Shown: positions 52,401 to 64,000 of the stretch, piece by piece | How the letters are laid out: each line of letters begins with the position of its first letter | How positions within the stretch are numbered: the stretch's first letter is position 1 | Assembly: GCA_964035545.1 (NCBI GenBank) | Contig: OZ037765.1 | Span: 30,317,504-30,381,503 of the forward strand | DNA: 64,000 nucleotides | Source of the DNA: Bugula neritina | Taxonomy: Eukaryota; Animalia; Bryozoa | Reading direction: 5' to 3' | Position numbers and translations under genes: made by a program | The notes under the pieces: model-generated | The model's database searches: none | Seen by the model: only the letters and a program-made list of their open reading frames with translations | What the model was told of the DNA's origin: nothing

Positions 52401-55400
52401 TGGCAATATTAGCGAAAACAAGTAAATAATTGTATTTAAGTAAAATATTTATATTACATTATTCTGTTATTACATATGCTCTGCTATACAAAACAAATAA
52501 AATACTTTTTTTAGAATTTAAAAGAATAAAAGTGTAAAAATATATCATAAAATATGTGTAATATAGAATAAATGTGAAAGAAAGGATAACTACCGAATGC
52601 TAATAAAGGTAACAAGGTGAAGGTCACAAGTAAACCTCAACAGCAAAATTAGATTTACATGTAGTTTTAACCTGTGCAATGTTTTTAAGGGCAATTTTTG
52701 ATTTACATTGCATGTTTTAAGTTGCGTTTATACCTCTGCTGAAAAAAGTACAGAGTTTCAGTTAATAACCTTTGTCTCCGGGTACCCCTTATAGTCGAAC
52801 TGTTTTCTAAAAATGAAATCTGACTCGCCTAATCACTATTTAATACCCTTTAAAAAACGTTGTGAATTAGTGAAGTTGACAGCATAAAAACTATAAATGA
52901 GAAGGCGTAGGCGATATAATTATTAACATATAGATAGGTCATCTAATCGCTAAAGTCATAACTAAATAACGATGTTTACAATGAGTTATTACTCCTCTTG
53001 AGTACTATTTTGAAATCAGCCGATTAAGTTATCACAATACAAAATTTTTTACAAGTGGCTTTTACAATGCAATGCAACTCGGAGAAATTTCAACTCAGCC
53101 AAATTGAATTTCTGACTGAAAATCATGAAGGTATCAATGCAATTTCAACTTTTCTGATGCAAACACTGAATTATGATTTAGTAAGAAAACGTAATTTAAT
53201 CATTCAGGAATCTAGAAATTTCTTTAAAAAGATATATTCTGTAAAGCAGTTAGCAAATATTAGTAGGATGCTTATAAAATATGTTATGTACCTATTTAAA
53301 CTTGACTTTAAATAACAAATAACACATTTTATAAATATAACTAAAACTAGTCAAGCAAAATTCAATGTAATAGATATTACATCATGAATGTCTACTATTA
53401 TGTTACAAGTAGATGCAAATAAAACATATGATAAGTGTGTTTGCAGACTATACCTCCTTCTCTAGTTGACTCAAGCTAGGTGTAGGCCCACATAGTAGAC
53501 ATACTTCTGCACCAGGTAACAAGGTGAAGGTCACAAGTCTTTGAGCCACCTAGGGATAATACTCACATGGTATAATACATAATTAACTACAATTACCTAT
53601 ATAACTGTTTGCAAAAGCTAGCAGTTTTACCATTTATATACAGCAATTATATAAGAAAAAGGTTTACTAAAAACATTTTATAAGTTTAAAAAAAATTAAA
53701 AAAAAATTTATCCAAGGTTTTGACAACGATTTTTTTTAGTAAAGCTTTTTATCGTTACACTGTTATACAGTTATTAGAATTATGTTATAATCATAGTTTG
53801 AGTTTGAGTTTGAAGTTGAGTTATAAAAAAACTGGATACTAAATTCACCCTTCTTCTACTGTCAAGTGATCAGGTGTTTAACAGAGACAGCAAGTAAAAT
53901 ACTCAAACTTTGCTGGAAATGAAACCACCAAGAGTCAATCATAACATGAAATTGTGAGAAAATAAGTTTAGCCTATTGAGTCACTGAAGCATTTGTAAAC
54001 TTGCCTTGCAAAAAGTGATCTGCTATTGAGTGACATTAACTATATTTGGTTTCCCAGCTCAACAACAAATTATTTTCTTATTGCTGGCATTAAACATATT
54101 CTTTTTAGATTACCAGATAACCTAAATGTTTGTACCTCAGGCATGTAAAAATGAATTAAAGGAGATGACAAAATTGAAAAGCCACAGATTATTTTCCCAA
54201 AGAACTTATTAGACTTTTTGCTTCAAAATGAAAATCAATAGAACATAGATCACGAAATTGGTAGCTGTTGGATGTCTCTAAACATAAAATAGTCATCAAA
54301 TTAAATTGATTAATGACCTTAAAACTAGTAAAACAACAATGAAAATTTCAAAAATTAATTTCTATATACAAAACACACTATATTAAAACTAATTTACATT
54401 GTAAGATGGTATTGAAGGGGGAACACCAGAACACCTGTTTAAAACTCTTAGAATGTAAACATCATAAGTTGAACAGACGCATTTGAAAGACAAAATCAGT
54501 ATAGCACACAGAAGCTGATAGATAACCCAAGCTCTTTACTTGAAGATAACACTTTTACTTGATAAACAAGGGGTGTTTTCTTAGGACTAGATAAAAACAT
54601 TGTCGTTCAAAAACAAACAAATTTGGTTTGCATGTTGTAGCAAAAATAGCTAGTATCTAAGTGAATGATAACATTCAAGTCTGATACACACACTACAAGC
54701 AAGTTGTGTTGCTTTAGAAAAGGTCTTCGTTACGGTTTCTATAAAATCACAAAATGAAAAATTCCAAAATACTAGAATATATTTCAAAAAGAGTCATGTG
54801 TGGTATGCCTGTTGAATATTTATCCAAAATTTTTCTTAAATTAAGTGTCAAATAAGTGGAGATAAAAATTGCTTTCTATACAAAACCATAAATTTCATAA
54901 AAAAAGATTAATATAAACTAGAATAAAAAAACTTTGATGTTGCACAAAAATACTCTCAATTTTTTTAATAAATACTTAACGAAACCTTTTTAATAGAAAA
55001 TTTAGAGACTAAGTGTGATTTTTCATAATCCCTTGGAGATTTCAGACAATAAAACTTGTTTTATATGAACTGTAACTACGCTAAGGACATATAAAAGTTA
55101 CGAAGTCCTTTATTGTTTACTTTGCTACTTATAACTATATCGAAAAAAGTTACAAATACTAACTAAACTTTAAACTACTAAAGCAGATTATAAAAACATA
55201 ATGTTGAAACATTGACAAAAACAACACGCAATAGATCAAATCGAAATTATGTTGCTAATGTTATTTTTATTAGCTAAAAATTGTACATGTGTACTCAACA
55301 TTGATAGATTGATCTACAAATAAAGAGTTTCTGTAAAATCTAATGATGTGGTATGATGAATTATGCATCATTGTTGAAAGGAAGCCCAAATTTCAGCTGT

Positions 55401-58400
55401 GAGGAAGGGTTTGGGAGTTTTCAACACTTTGAATATGGAAGATATGGAAAAGACAACTCCAATTCTGATAGCAATATTTTAAAATATTGAATGGGTATTA
55501 TTAATAAAGACCCACCATTGAGTTAAGATTAAAAGTGCGCGCTAAAAATAAAAAACTGTCTTGTTCAATATCTATCAACAAGCACTATTTTCACAGCAAA
55601 ACCTAACAGCAAATATATTTTTCTAAGTTAAACAAGTCAATAACTGATAATTTTAAGTAATCTTTATTATATGTTTGAAGGATGTTTGTTTTCCAATAGG
55701 TCCACAAATGTCATCAATAATAATTCATAAACAATTACATTACATCAATTGTATTAATGGGCTTTAGCATTGTAGAGTTGAGATTAAAATATCAAGGATA
55801 ACTTCAAATTGTGAGTAGCTAAATGTTTCCTTTAATTTACATTTTGACTTTCTATGCTCAACAGCACACTAGTCATAATTTTAATATTTACTTTACTTGG
55901 ATATGTTACCACAAAAATACGCTCTATGGAGTAATTATCTCCACATACATTAAAACAAGTGCTGCATAATTTTCCAATAGATAATCAAGTATCATCAATA
56001 ATAATTCATGAACAATTATATTGATGAACCTTAAAATTTGCAGAGTTGAAATTCAAATATTATGGATAACTTCAACTCCTTGTGAGTTGCTAAATGTTTC
56101 CTTTAACTTACAACAACATGTTGACTTTCTATGCTCAACAGCACACTAATCATAATTTTACTATTAATTTTTACTTTACCTGGATATGTTACTACAAAAA
56201 TACGCTCTATTTAGTAATTATCTCCACATACATTAAAACAAGTGCTGTATAATAAACTAAGACAGGAGAATATAATTACAAACTAGAGTCACACTCCAGT
56301 AGTTAAAGTGCTGGCTCAGTAAGCACAAGGTCATAAGTTCAAATTCTGGTCAAAAGTCATTGATGATGTCTAGAAGGCAATAATTTCTCCACAGCAGAAA
56401 CAAGTACTTAACACGATTAGAAAATCCCACACATAATTCTCACAGGTATGACAGTATGACATCATTTACTCATAGGTAAGTATATTATTTACACTTACAT
56501 TTGGACTGGTTTTAGGTAAGTAGACAGGAATATCTCGAGCAGCAGGGACCTGAGGTAGGGAGTTGACCATGTGACAGAGAAGAATCTGCTCTCTGTGGCC
56601 CAGGGATGACCATTCCGGAGTCGCGACCTTCACCTTTGAGTTGATCAGCAGACACCCATGAAGACTGCTAGCTGCATCCGTGAAAGCATTCAATGAATTC
56701 TGGAAATAACAAACTAAATTTAGAATAATAAGCCAAGCTATATAGGTGTACATTATATATAATGTATAAGATAATAATAAAAAAGCCAAAAAATCTCAAA
56801 CTCACACCAAACTAAATCTAGAAATGCGAGTAAGTAATCCAGTGGACGCTAAACTGAATTCAAGTTTAAACTCCTGAAATAATAAAAAGTTGTTCCAGAT
56901 ATGGCATGTATCAGAGAGAAAGAAAGTTGGACACCAGAAGGAGGATGTTGCTGCCAATTACATGTGCACACCAGAACTAAAACCTTACCTGTAGAATCTC
57001 TGTTGACCGACTAGCCAGCACGTCAACACACTGCGTGATGTCACTAAATGAGTTGGTAGAGTGAAGTTGGAGGATATAATCCAGGAGGGCATAACTCACC
57101 TGAAACAGCAGTATAGAACCTTTACCCCCTATTCACACTTACCGTACCGTACGGTAAGTGTGAATGAGGGGTTAACCCCCAACTGTGCATATATTTGACA
57201 TTATATACATGAAATTGTTGGCCTTTATGATATGATTTTATGCAATGTGTATTAACAATATTTGATATTATATATATATAAGTGTTGGCCTTTGCAACAA
57301 AATGTTATACAGAAGATGTTGATTCGCTTTGTTTAAGATAGAAATAGATGCAGCTCTGAAATTAACATGCTTAAATGACGTAATTCATTATCAGTTACTA
57401 CAACTATGAAAGGTAAGTTTTTATGTCAGTCGACAGCTGCAACAAACGGCATTTTTAAAAATACTTTTTTCAAAAGTTTAAGAGGGCAAAAAAACTTTAA
57501 TGCCACAATTACAACTTGCAACACACAAGCATACATATAAAATAAAATGACTCACATAAACAAAGACGATTCATAAGTTTTATTAAGTGAATAAAAAAGC
57601 TGTCTTACTCGAATATCACGCTTGAATCTTTCTACATTTTTGATAGTCATGAGATCGTCTTGACCGAACAGCATGACCATTCCATCATAAATCATGTCGA
57701 GCAGCTCGTCAATCTGGTGCTTGCTGTATAAACTCTTGTCAACCACCAGGATCAAGGTGATGCTATTAACCAATAGGCACAAAGAAACTTACAAAACTAG
57801 AAGTTCAACACAAGATTTATAATGCACACAATTTTAACCTTTATTGCCAAGTAATTTCTGGTTTTAGAAGGAAAAATAAACTATATAAAAAAGTTGTAAG
57901 TCCGAGAGAGACTGTCATTAGTGGATAGAGACGGCAGTTGATTACCTGTGAGGATAAGACCGCCAACCTATGTTGTACTGTTCTGAGTCAGCTGACACCA
58001 GCTCCACTTCACCACTCTTACCATACATGTGCACTCCGTTGAGTGATGCAACAACAGGATAGGGCAACTGCTCAACAAAAAATAAATATCGAAAATGTTT
58101 TTGTTTGTACCATGTCTGCAATACAGCTAACAAATTATAAATGTTGAAAGGGCGCATAAGTCCAAAAAAACAGTTTTTAGTTGTGCTAAACTCTAAAGGC
58201 TGCATGATACACAAAATGTCTTAAACTTTTGTCAAGTAAAGCTGATGATCATGACTTTAATTCTTCTGTTTAAAGAAACTGTATTTGTTTGGTTTGAATT
58301 TGTTTGCAAAAGAAAACAAATGTGCACTATTAACTCTGACAAAATAAGCAATAAACAACACAATACACACTTACAGGCTTTCCATCACCCAGGGTTCTAG

Positions 58401-58452
58401 AATATAAAGGAACACCTCCTGAGCTTGTAAGTGCGTACAAATAAACTGCCAT
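46934..58452 (-). CDS. FUZ: Protein fuzzy homolog (CPLANE / planar cell polarity effector, longin domains), 413 aa
   Basis: Exons 58375-58452, 57946-58067, 57609-57762, 56989-57099, 56499-56699, 53454-53549, 51951-52054, 48612-48691, 48151-48258, 47739-47874, 46934-46985 (1242 nt, phase-consistent, ends TAG). Motifs SGGVPLYSR, LPYPVVASLNGVHMYG, NVERFKRDIR, ARDIPVYLPKTSP and RLVTFTLLPGAEVCLLCGPTPSL match remembered FUZ. The last exon is the least certain. Confidence 0.92.
48716..48890. repeat. (TA)n(CA)n and (TG)n microsatellites flanking a ~75-bp unique core
   Basis: (TA)n(CA)n at 48716-48766 and (TG)n at 48842-48889. Confidence 0.92.
48771..48816 (-). ncRNA. Minimal type I hammerhead ribozyme motif
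   Basis: Minus strand reads tctgtg-CTGAAGA-GGG-GACAAT-CCT-GAAA-CAG-CTG-CTG-TA-ctcgga. Intact CUGANGA and GAAA core, 3-bp stem II, stem III with palindromic CAGCTG, GUA cleavage triplet, stem I with 5 of 6 pairs. Confidence 0.7.
49224..49700. mobile_element. Foldback/MITE-like element with imperfect inverted repeats
   Basis: Exact 17-bp inverted pair tctactccaccctgaac (49244-49260) / gttcagggtggagtaga (49664-49680), with imperfect extension on both sides (~55 bp); internal (AT)n tract. Confidence 0.55.
49720..49748 (-). ncRNA. Degenerate hammerhead-like core at the 3' end of the Penelope-like element
   Basis: CTGAGGA-TCAGT-TTACT-ATTGA-GAAG: 5-bp stem II, GAAA mutated to GAAG, stems I/III not recognisable. 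Lies just after the end of the PLE coding remnant and before an AATAAA (minus strand, 49705-49710). Confidence 0.4.
49720..51500 (-). mobile_element. Decayed Penelope-like retroelement (RT + C-terminal GIY-YIG, Hydra-clade-like) in FUZ intron 7
   Basis: Collinear broken motifs on the minus strand: IGRISKQI (~50951-50975), EFYPIIT (~50814-50836), FDVLTGSFDSAG (50657-50693), DDG (~50575-50583), FFDITVHFLNNTYRPFNK (~50427-50481), *FNPPVSK (50213-50236), FNKNTSKLRYAC (50102-50137), CNC*GKFNC (50060-50086), YNITWR (49854-49871). Many stops and frameshifts; 5' boundary approximate. Confidence 0.8.
55689..56252. repeat. Diverged tandem duplication, 2 x ~281 bp
   Basis: Both units start ttttccaatag (55689, 55970), share long identical blocks such as gactttctatgctcaacagcacact, and end ctccacatacattaaaacaagtgctg(c/t)ataa. 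Confidence 0.9.
56287..56379 (+). mobile_element. tRNA-derived SINE fragment (possible Meta-domain SINE)
   Basis: A-box-like cagtagttaaag and B-box gttcaaattc at tRNA-like spacing, followed by cattgatgatgtctagaaggc, which resembles the remembered SINE central motif GGCGTCAGGAAGGGCATC. Confidence 0.45.
57125..57171. mobile_element. 47-bp palindromic mini-MITE with TTA target-site duplication
   Basis: tta|ccccctattcacacttaccgta..tacggtaagtgtgaatgagggg|tta; near-perfect hairpin; a TTA duplication is typical of PIF/Harbinger. Confidence 0.65.
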
Positions 58453-59309
58453 ATCTTAAATTGAGTGTTATCTCCTCTCTGAATTTATGCAAACATCTAC
58501 ATTCTACAAGTTAAAAATTAATTAAAATAACTCAAAAACTATATTGGAGTTTAGCATTAGTGACTCCAAGCATATTCAAAATGACACAATCTAACAAAAT
58601 ACAGACATAAGAGCAAATTTTTTTACAAATTGTTTCAATAAAATAGAATCTGTTATTTTCATTCAAGGTGTACCTTTATTTGGTTTACAGTTTTGTATTA
58701 CTATATTAGCAGATACTTCTAATAATAATACAACCACTAAACAATTTAACACTCAACACTACAAATAGTAGCACAGCATAATATTATTTCTCACTATCAT
58801 GTCACTCATATTTGCTTTGAGTTATAAAAATAGCTTCACTTTATCCTACAAGGGCAATTAAAATAGACTCAAATTCAATGTAATTAATTAAATAACTTTT
58901 GCACTTAATTAAACATACACTATGCTAAAACTAAAAGTGAAACACTTACTCTTAGGGCTAGGCCTAGGACTGACTAAAACTAATTAACAATTATAATTAT
59001 TTGATTTCAGTTTGTATATTTTGATTTTAACTTTTGGTAAATTATGCAGGTAATTAACCATTTATATTATTAATGAATAGAATATTATCAAAAACAAATT
59101 TTTGTCAAGATAAATGCTAACGTAAAACTAAATTAAAATAAAATTAAAAATAGTAAATTTGTTTATTAAAAATAAATATATGACTATATTATCATTTCAA
59201 ACTTGATTTAACTTGGCTAGGTATTGATTAGATTAAAAGTGATTTGGCCTAACGTATATAAAAATATCAAAAGTTAAACTAGTTAAATAAAGTTAAAAAA
59301 AGGGTTAAA

Positions 59310-59460
59310 CTTAAAGGGCTGGAGTATAAACAACAGATCTTTCAAAACCATTCAAAATTTTGATAATAAAAGAAGAAAGTTTGCCTCGCTACAGTTTAAG
59401 TTGTACAACGTTCCGTCATTGCTTAGAATATCTTGGCCAATGAAACGATTATAAAATCAT
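59310..59460. promoter_or_regulatory. Putative shared promoter region of FUZ / TTC39C
   Basis: Inference from head-to-head genes, local CpG enrichment, CCAAT box (ggccaatga, ~59435-59443) and the palindrome gttgtacaac. Confidence 0.35.
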
Positions 59461-59669
59461 CATTCTTCTAGTTCTAGTTCCACTAGGTTGAACTTGTCAT
59501 TACTTAGTATCAGTATGAATAAGAATATTAATAAGTTAGTCCATGAATTCAGCTGGTACTCAACATTCTGATTTTTTAGTCATAGTGAATAAAGCATTGA
59601 ATGCAAGTATGGAAATCTGCATGGTGATTTGATGGCAGAATAAGAATATCAATATAAATTAAAATAAAC

Positions 59670-60520
59670 AGTAGCCGACTAGTAGTAGTACTACTACTAG
59701 TAGTACTAGACCTACTCCTACTCCTAGTAGTTTAACTGTAACTGTAAGTCACTAAGTGTAACTGTGAGTCACTTAGACTAAGAGTAAGTGTAAGTGTTAG
59801 ACTTAGTCATACTCATAGTGTTACACTTGTGACTTACAATCACTGTTAGTGTTAGTCTGTTAGTGTTACTATTGCTCATACTCATAGTCATAGTGATAGT
59901 CCTACTGATAGTCATACTCGTAGTCAATCATAGTGATACTGATAGTCATAGTGATAGTGATGCTCAGTCTCATGCTGATACTGTGAGTGTGTTAAACCTA
60001 GTCTTATTCTAAGAGTTAGTGGTACTGTTAATGTTAGTCTAAATCTTAGAGTTAGTCTGAGTCTCAGTCTGCGTTAATTTTACTTTTTTAGTCAGTTACT
60101 GTTACAGTGTTAGTGTTACAGTTAAACTTACTCATAGTCATAGTGATGCAGTCATACTCTAGGTTCAAGTGTAATGCTAATACTCAGTTAATATTACTAT
60201 TATACCAATACTAACTGGCTAATAGTAATAGTAATACTAATACTAATACTCAGTAATAGAATTACTGGGCCTATTAGTATTAGTATTACTATTAGTATTA
60301 GTGAGTATTAGTATTGCCTAACCATTACTATTAGTATTAAGTAATTAATGATATTATTAACTATTATTAATACTAATAGTAATATTAATAGTAATACTAT
60401 TAGTATTAAGTGAGTAACTACTCCGCTTAGTAATACTAAGAGTAACACTAACAGTATTACTATTAGTATTACTCATGACTCCTTAGCGCTTAGTCTTGAG
60501 TTACTGTTGCTTGCTGTTGT
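59670..60520. repeat. Low-complexity self-complementary tri/hexamer tract (tag/cta, gtcata/gtgata, tactaa/ttagta)
   Basis: Directly visible; includes the perfect 24-bp palindrome actagtagtagtactactactagt (59678-59701). Confidence 0.75.
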
Positions 60521-63376
60521 AAATGTAACTGTAACCGATTTGTATTTAATAGTTTATCATAAGCAGATGAAAGCGTTTCATGACACTCTTCATTATAAAA
60601 GTATTTCTGTGGCCTTTATGCTATCTCGTAACTTTAAGTTTTAAGCGGTAGGTCAGTGTGAGCATCACTGATGCCACAACTCTCTTTGAGGTGAGCAATA
60701 AACTTGATGACTTCGTGTTGGACATGTTTAATTTTCTCACAGGCAATTTCTCAGTTGAATCCCACAATGTGTCTGCATATTCAATAAATATCATCGTGAC
60801 ATTGTGGTTATCAATATCATTATTGTTATCATTATTGTTATGGTTACTTAAAGCTGAAAGTTAATTGAAGATCAACCTAAAAGTCTAAAACTACTGAATT
60901 AGTATCAATAAGTCTACTTACATAATTATTATCGATTGCATTTTGATTATTATCAAACTAACCATAAATAAATAACTTACAGATTCAATAAATATAATCG
61001 TATAACACATTTTCTAATATGAACAATTATGATTGTCACTGTGATTGCCATGCTCATAATCATTGTGGTACTAATTGAGTAAAACAATTTGACATTGTGA
61101 GGCATTCGATTATAATATCATCATTTATATCAATGTGAGGTAAGAATATCATGATTGTTCAATATAAATAGTAGTAATAGCAATTTTGCCACAACTTTGT
61201 AACTGAAAAAGCCAAAATTCTATTTTTACTCTATTTCAGTATTTGTATTTCAACTTGTTAGCTTAGTTCGTTCAAGCTCCTCAGCTTAAATTTTCTGACT
61301 TATTATTTATGTTGTCAAAAACTAATGAGGAGGTTGCATTTAATGGAATTATTGTCATAACTTCAACTTAGAGTAAACTACTATCATAGTGATAGCCTCA
61401 GTGTAAGTTTACTAGTAGTACTACTTATAAGTTCTCTGATTGCCTCTTCCAGTTCTTGTAGCTAAAACTTGTAATTTAATTGAGATTTACTTTCATTTTA
61501 GTTTTAATTTTGCATTGACTACAAGTGAAGAACAACTAAAGTTAATGTTACATTTACTGTAAGTGATAGTAGTGGTAGTAAGTAGTGGGGTAAGTGTATC
61601 TAACCATTGTATCTACCACTAGAAAGAGGAAGTATAAGAATTATAGTGCTAATATTTAATTTAATATAACTACACTAACCTTAGCTTTTAAGTCAACTAG
61701 GCTAGCATTCACAGTTTCTTACAGTCATTGTATATTGTTACCCCAGCTCTAACTTTCCATTGACCTTTTCTATAACAATAACTGCAGTGTATTACTCTTG
61801 CTCTCTCTATAACATTAAGAGAAGTGGTTTTCTTAGATACCAAATTGTTATATATGATAAAGAGAGAAAGCTAGTATGTGTCCTAAATCATGTAGATAAT
61901 TATAGTGGCAGTCATAACACTGTTGTTTACTTGAAGACTAACTTTAGTTCTAGTATTAGTATTTTGTTTATTGTAGACACACTAGTAGTCATAGCTACTC
62001 ATAACAGAAGCTGATAGTCACAATCACTTCTGTACTAACATGAACCTCAATTAGCATTTCTGTCATTGCAGGTGTTCATTAAAACTAGTTGATCATGATG
62101 ATGTATTATATGATAATGTATTATGGGAATGATCATCTTGAATAGTTTAGTCTTACTTTTGATTTTACTTTTTGTTATGCAATATCCATCAAGTTATATT
62201 TTTACTCTATTTTGAAAGTATATTGTTTTTCTGAGTCAGTAATAATCATAACGATCCAGGTTTGTCAGCAATATTGCTGGTAGTTGGGAGTTATTTAAAT
62301 AGGTGTGGCCTTATCATACTCAGGCGTTCATAAAAGCAAAATTAATGTATATGTATGATCATTGTTGCACTCACTAAAAATTATCTCAGTCAAAGGCTAT
62401 CACAATGGTGATAATTAAATTTGATAATTATGATTGTTTGTTAATTACAGTGAATATCATTTTTTAGAAGGATACCAGTATATATTGAAGATTTTAAAAA
62501 AAAAATGCTTTAGTCACCATAAAACTATAATATATTGATCATAAGGATTAATAGAGCTAAAAGGTTTAAAGGTGTAATAGAATATCCTAATTATAGTTGT
62601 AAATCAGCAACAGTAACACTGGTTTGACTGTAAAACTAAAATGTGTTAATTTAATCCAGTTTAGTAAGAGTTTATGATTGTCACATTGTGAAAATACTGA
62701 TTTATTATCAATTGTAAATCTTATTGTTACCAGTTATAGCTGGACAACTAGCTGGACTGTTACAGTACACTTGATACAAGTTTAACAATAATTGGATATT
62801 GTAAATAAAGATTAGCATTAATCACAAAAGCTGTCATTGAGTTTTATAACAATTTGAACAATGATTTTTGGCCAAGCAAATATAAAGAATTACTAAGCAT
62901 TACTAACAATATTTACAATTGACTTGTTTAGATGATATTCAATTGTAAGTATCCTCATGAAAAAAAATTGTTTCCAAGCTGCCATTAGGTGTAGAATAAC
63001 TTGGATACAGCTCTTGGGGTTTTTAATCAATTTTTCAGACAATGACTTGCTATTTCAATTCTGACATTTGTCATTGTGAAAGCCTATTTCATCATCAGTA
63101 CCCAACTTTTTTCTCTATAAAATGGGTGTTAAGGTGTACAGATTATACAGTTCTAGAGTGGACCTCATAATCCAGATTTTTTGCATCATAAATAATTATA
63201 ATCTGATTAGTATTTAAGGAAGTTGGTAACTGTAGACTTTAGAGTCTATAATATGATGAGAAAGCATATGTTCATTCGGATCGGTAGAATATTTTGTAAA
63301 TAGAGGGAAGGTATTAATTAAATTGTACTCCTTTGCATTATTGTTACAGTAGGTAACCAATTGAATATTCTAGATC

Positions 63377-63593
63377 ATGTTGAACGGAGATGAGCAGAGT
63401 GTAGTAACTGGTTTGGATGAAGTGCATATTGAAGGAGATGAACCGGCCACAGAGGATGACAATGACTTGGCATACAAAGGCATCACCTTACTACTTACTA
63501 ACAAATGGGATGAAAGTAAAGAGCTCTTTGGCAAATACAAATCCCACAGTGTTCTCATGCATTATGGGGAGTCCTTTGTAAATTATGTTCAAG
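63377..63593 (+). CDS. TTC39C: Tetratricopeptide repeat protein 39C-like, first coding exon (gene continues beyond window)
   Basis: ttctag acceptor immediately before ATG; DLAYKGITLLLTNKWDESKELFGKYKSHSVLMHYGESFVNYV resembles remembered TTC39C [42 protein letters not shown]; G|gtacga donor after 63593. Confidence 0.8.
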
Positions 63594-64000
63594 GTACGAT
63601 CACTCTATGTTGACTATTTTCAGTAATTATTATTTAATGTAAGCATTCAAGGTTTTTTTAATGCAAATGTGGCTATTTTAAACCTTTTAGTTTATATTTT
63701 ATATTGCTAGCATTTATTCTTGTCTAAGATCTATACTAATTCCTCTTTAACCTTTGACCTTAACTGAAATGTTATTGATCATTATATCTTATCCTATAAA
63801 GATAAGATATGTTATTTGAACTAAAAGTGATGGTAGTTTCCATTGCTTGTCACTGTGTGATATAAAGAAGCTAGTTGGTGCAGCATGAAGATGACTAGCA
63901 AATAGTTAACTTATCCACCACTGCTCACTGCTACTGCACAGTTATATAATTTGTTGAATTGTTTATTTAATAATAAAACATTGAAATATTTGTTGAATAT

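Noticed and set aside
56287-56352. Functional tRNA gene
   Set aside because: No complete cloverleaf or acceptor stem; better explained as a SINE head.
63360-63376. Acceptors just upstream of start codons (TTC39C, PI4KA, MRPL42, FUZ) as evidence of spliced-leader trans-splicing
   Set aside because: Equally explained by ordinary 5' UTR introns; an upstream donor is visible for FUZ (~58949). Cannot be distinguished without transcripts.

Overview
AT-rich, intron-rich metazoan (invertebrate-like) genomic DNA. The species cannot be determined from sequence alone. Most ORF-track entries are exon fragments or repeat artefacts, so I assembled genes by hand from splice sites, reading-frame phase and remembered homology. 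Five genes: (1) PI4KA, minus strand, N-terminal ~1166 aa in 24 exons, running off the left edge; (2) MRPL42, plus strand, complete, head-to-head with PI4KA; (3) a complete 39-exon, ~2343-aa type I membrane mucin-like protein (SP-VWD-C8-TIL-EGF-GCC2/3-NIDO-AMOP-VWD-EGF array-SEA-EGF-TM), minus strand; (4) FUZ (fuzzy), minus strand, complete, 413 aa; (5) the first coding exon of TTC39C, plus strand, head-to-head with FUZ. The richest non-genic region is FUZ intron 7. It holds a decayed Penelope-like retroelement (RT plus GIY-YIG linker with CxCx5C) ending in a hammerhead-like core, a foldback element, and a separate near-intact minimal type I hammerhead ribozyme in sense orientation ~85 nt upstream of a splice acceptor. 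Other themes are tandem repeats seeded from 5' splice sites, a GC-AG intron, PIF/Harbinger-like MITEs, and self-complementary low-complexity DNA flanking both divergent promoters. No database searches were run; all homology calls are from memory.
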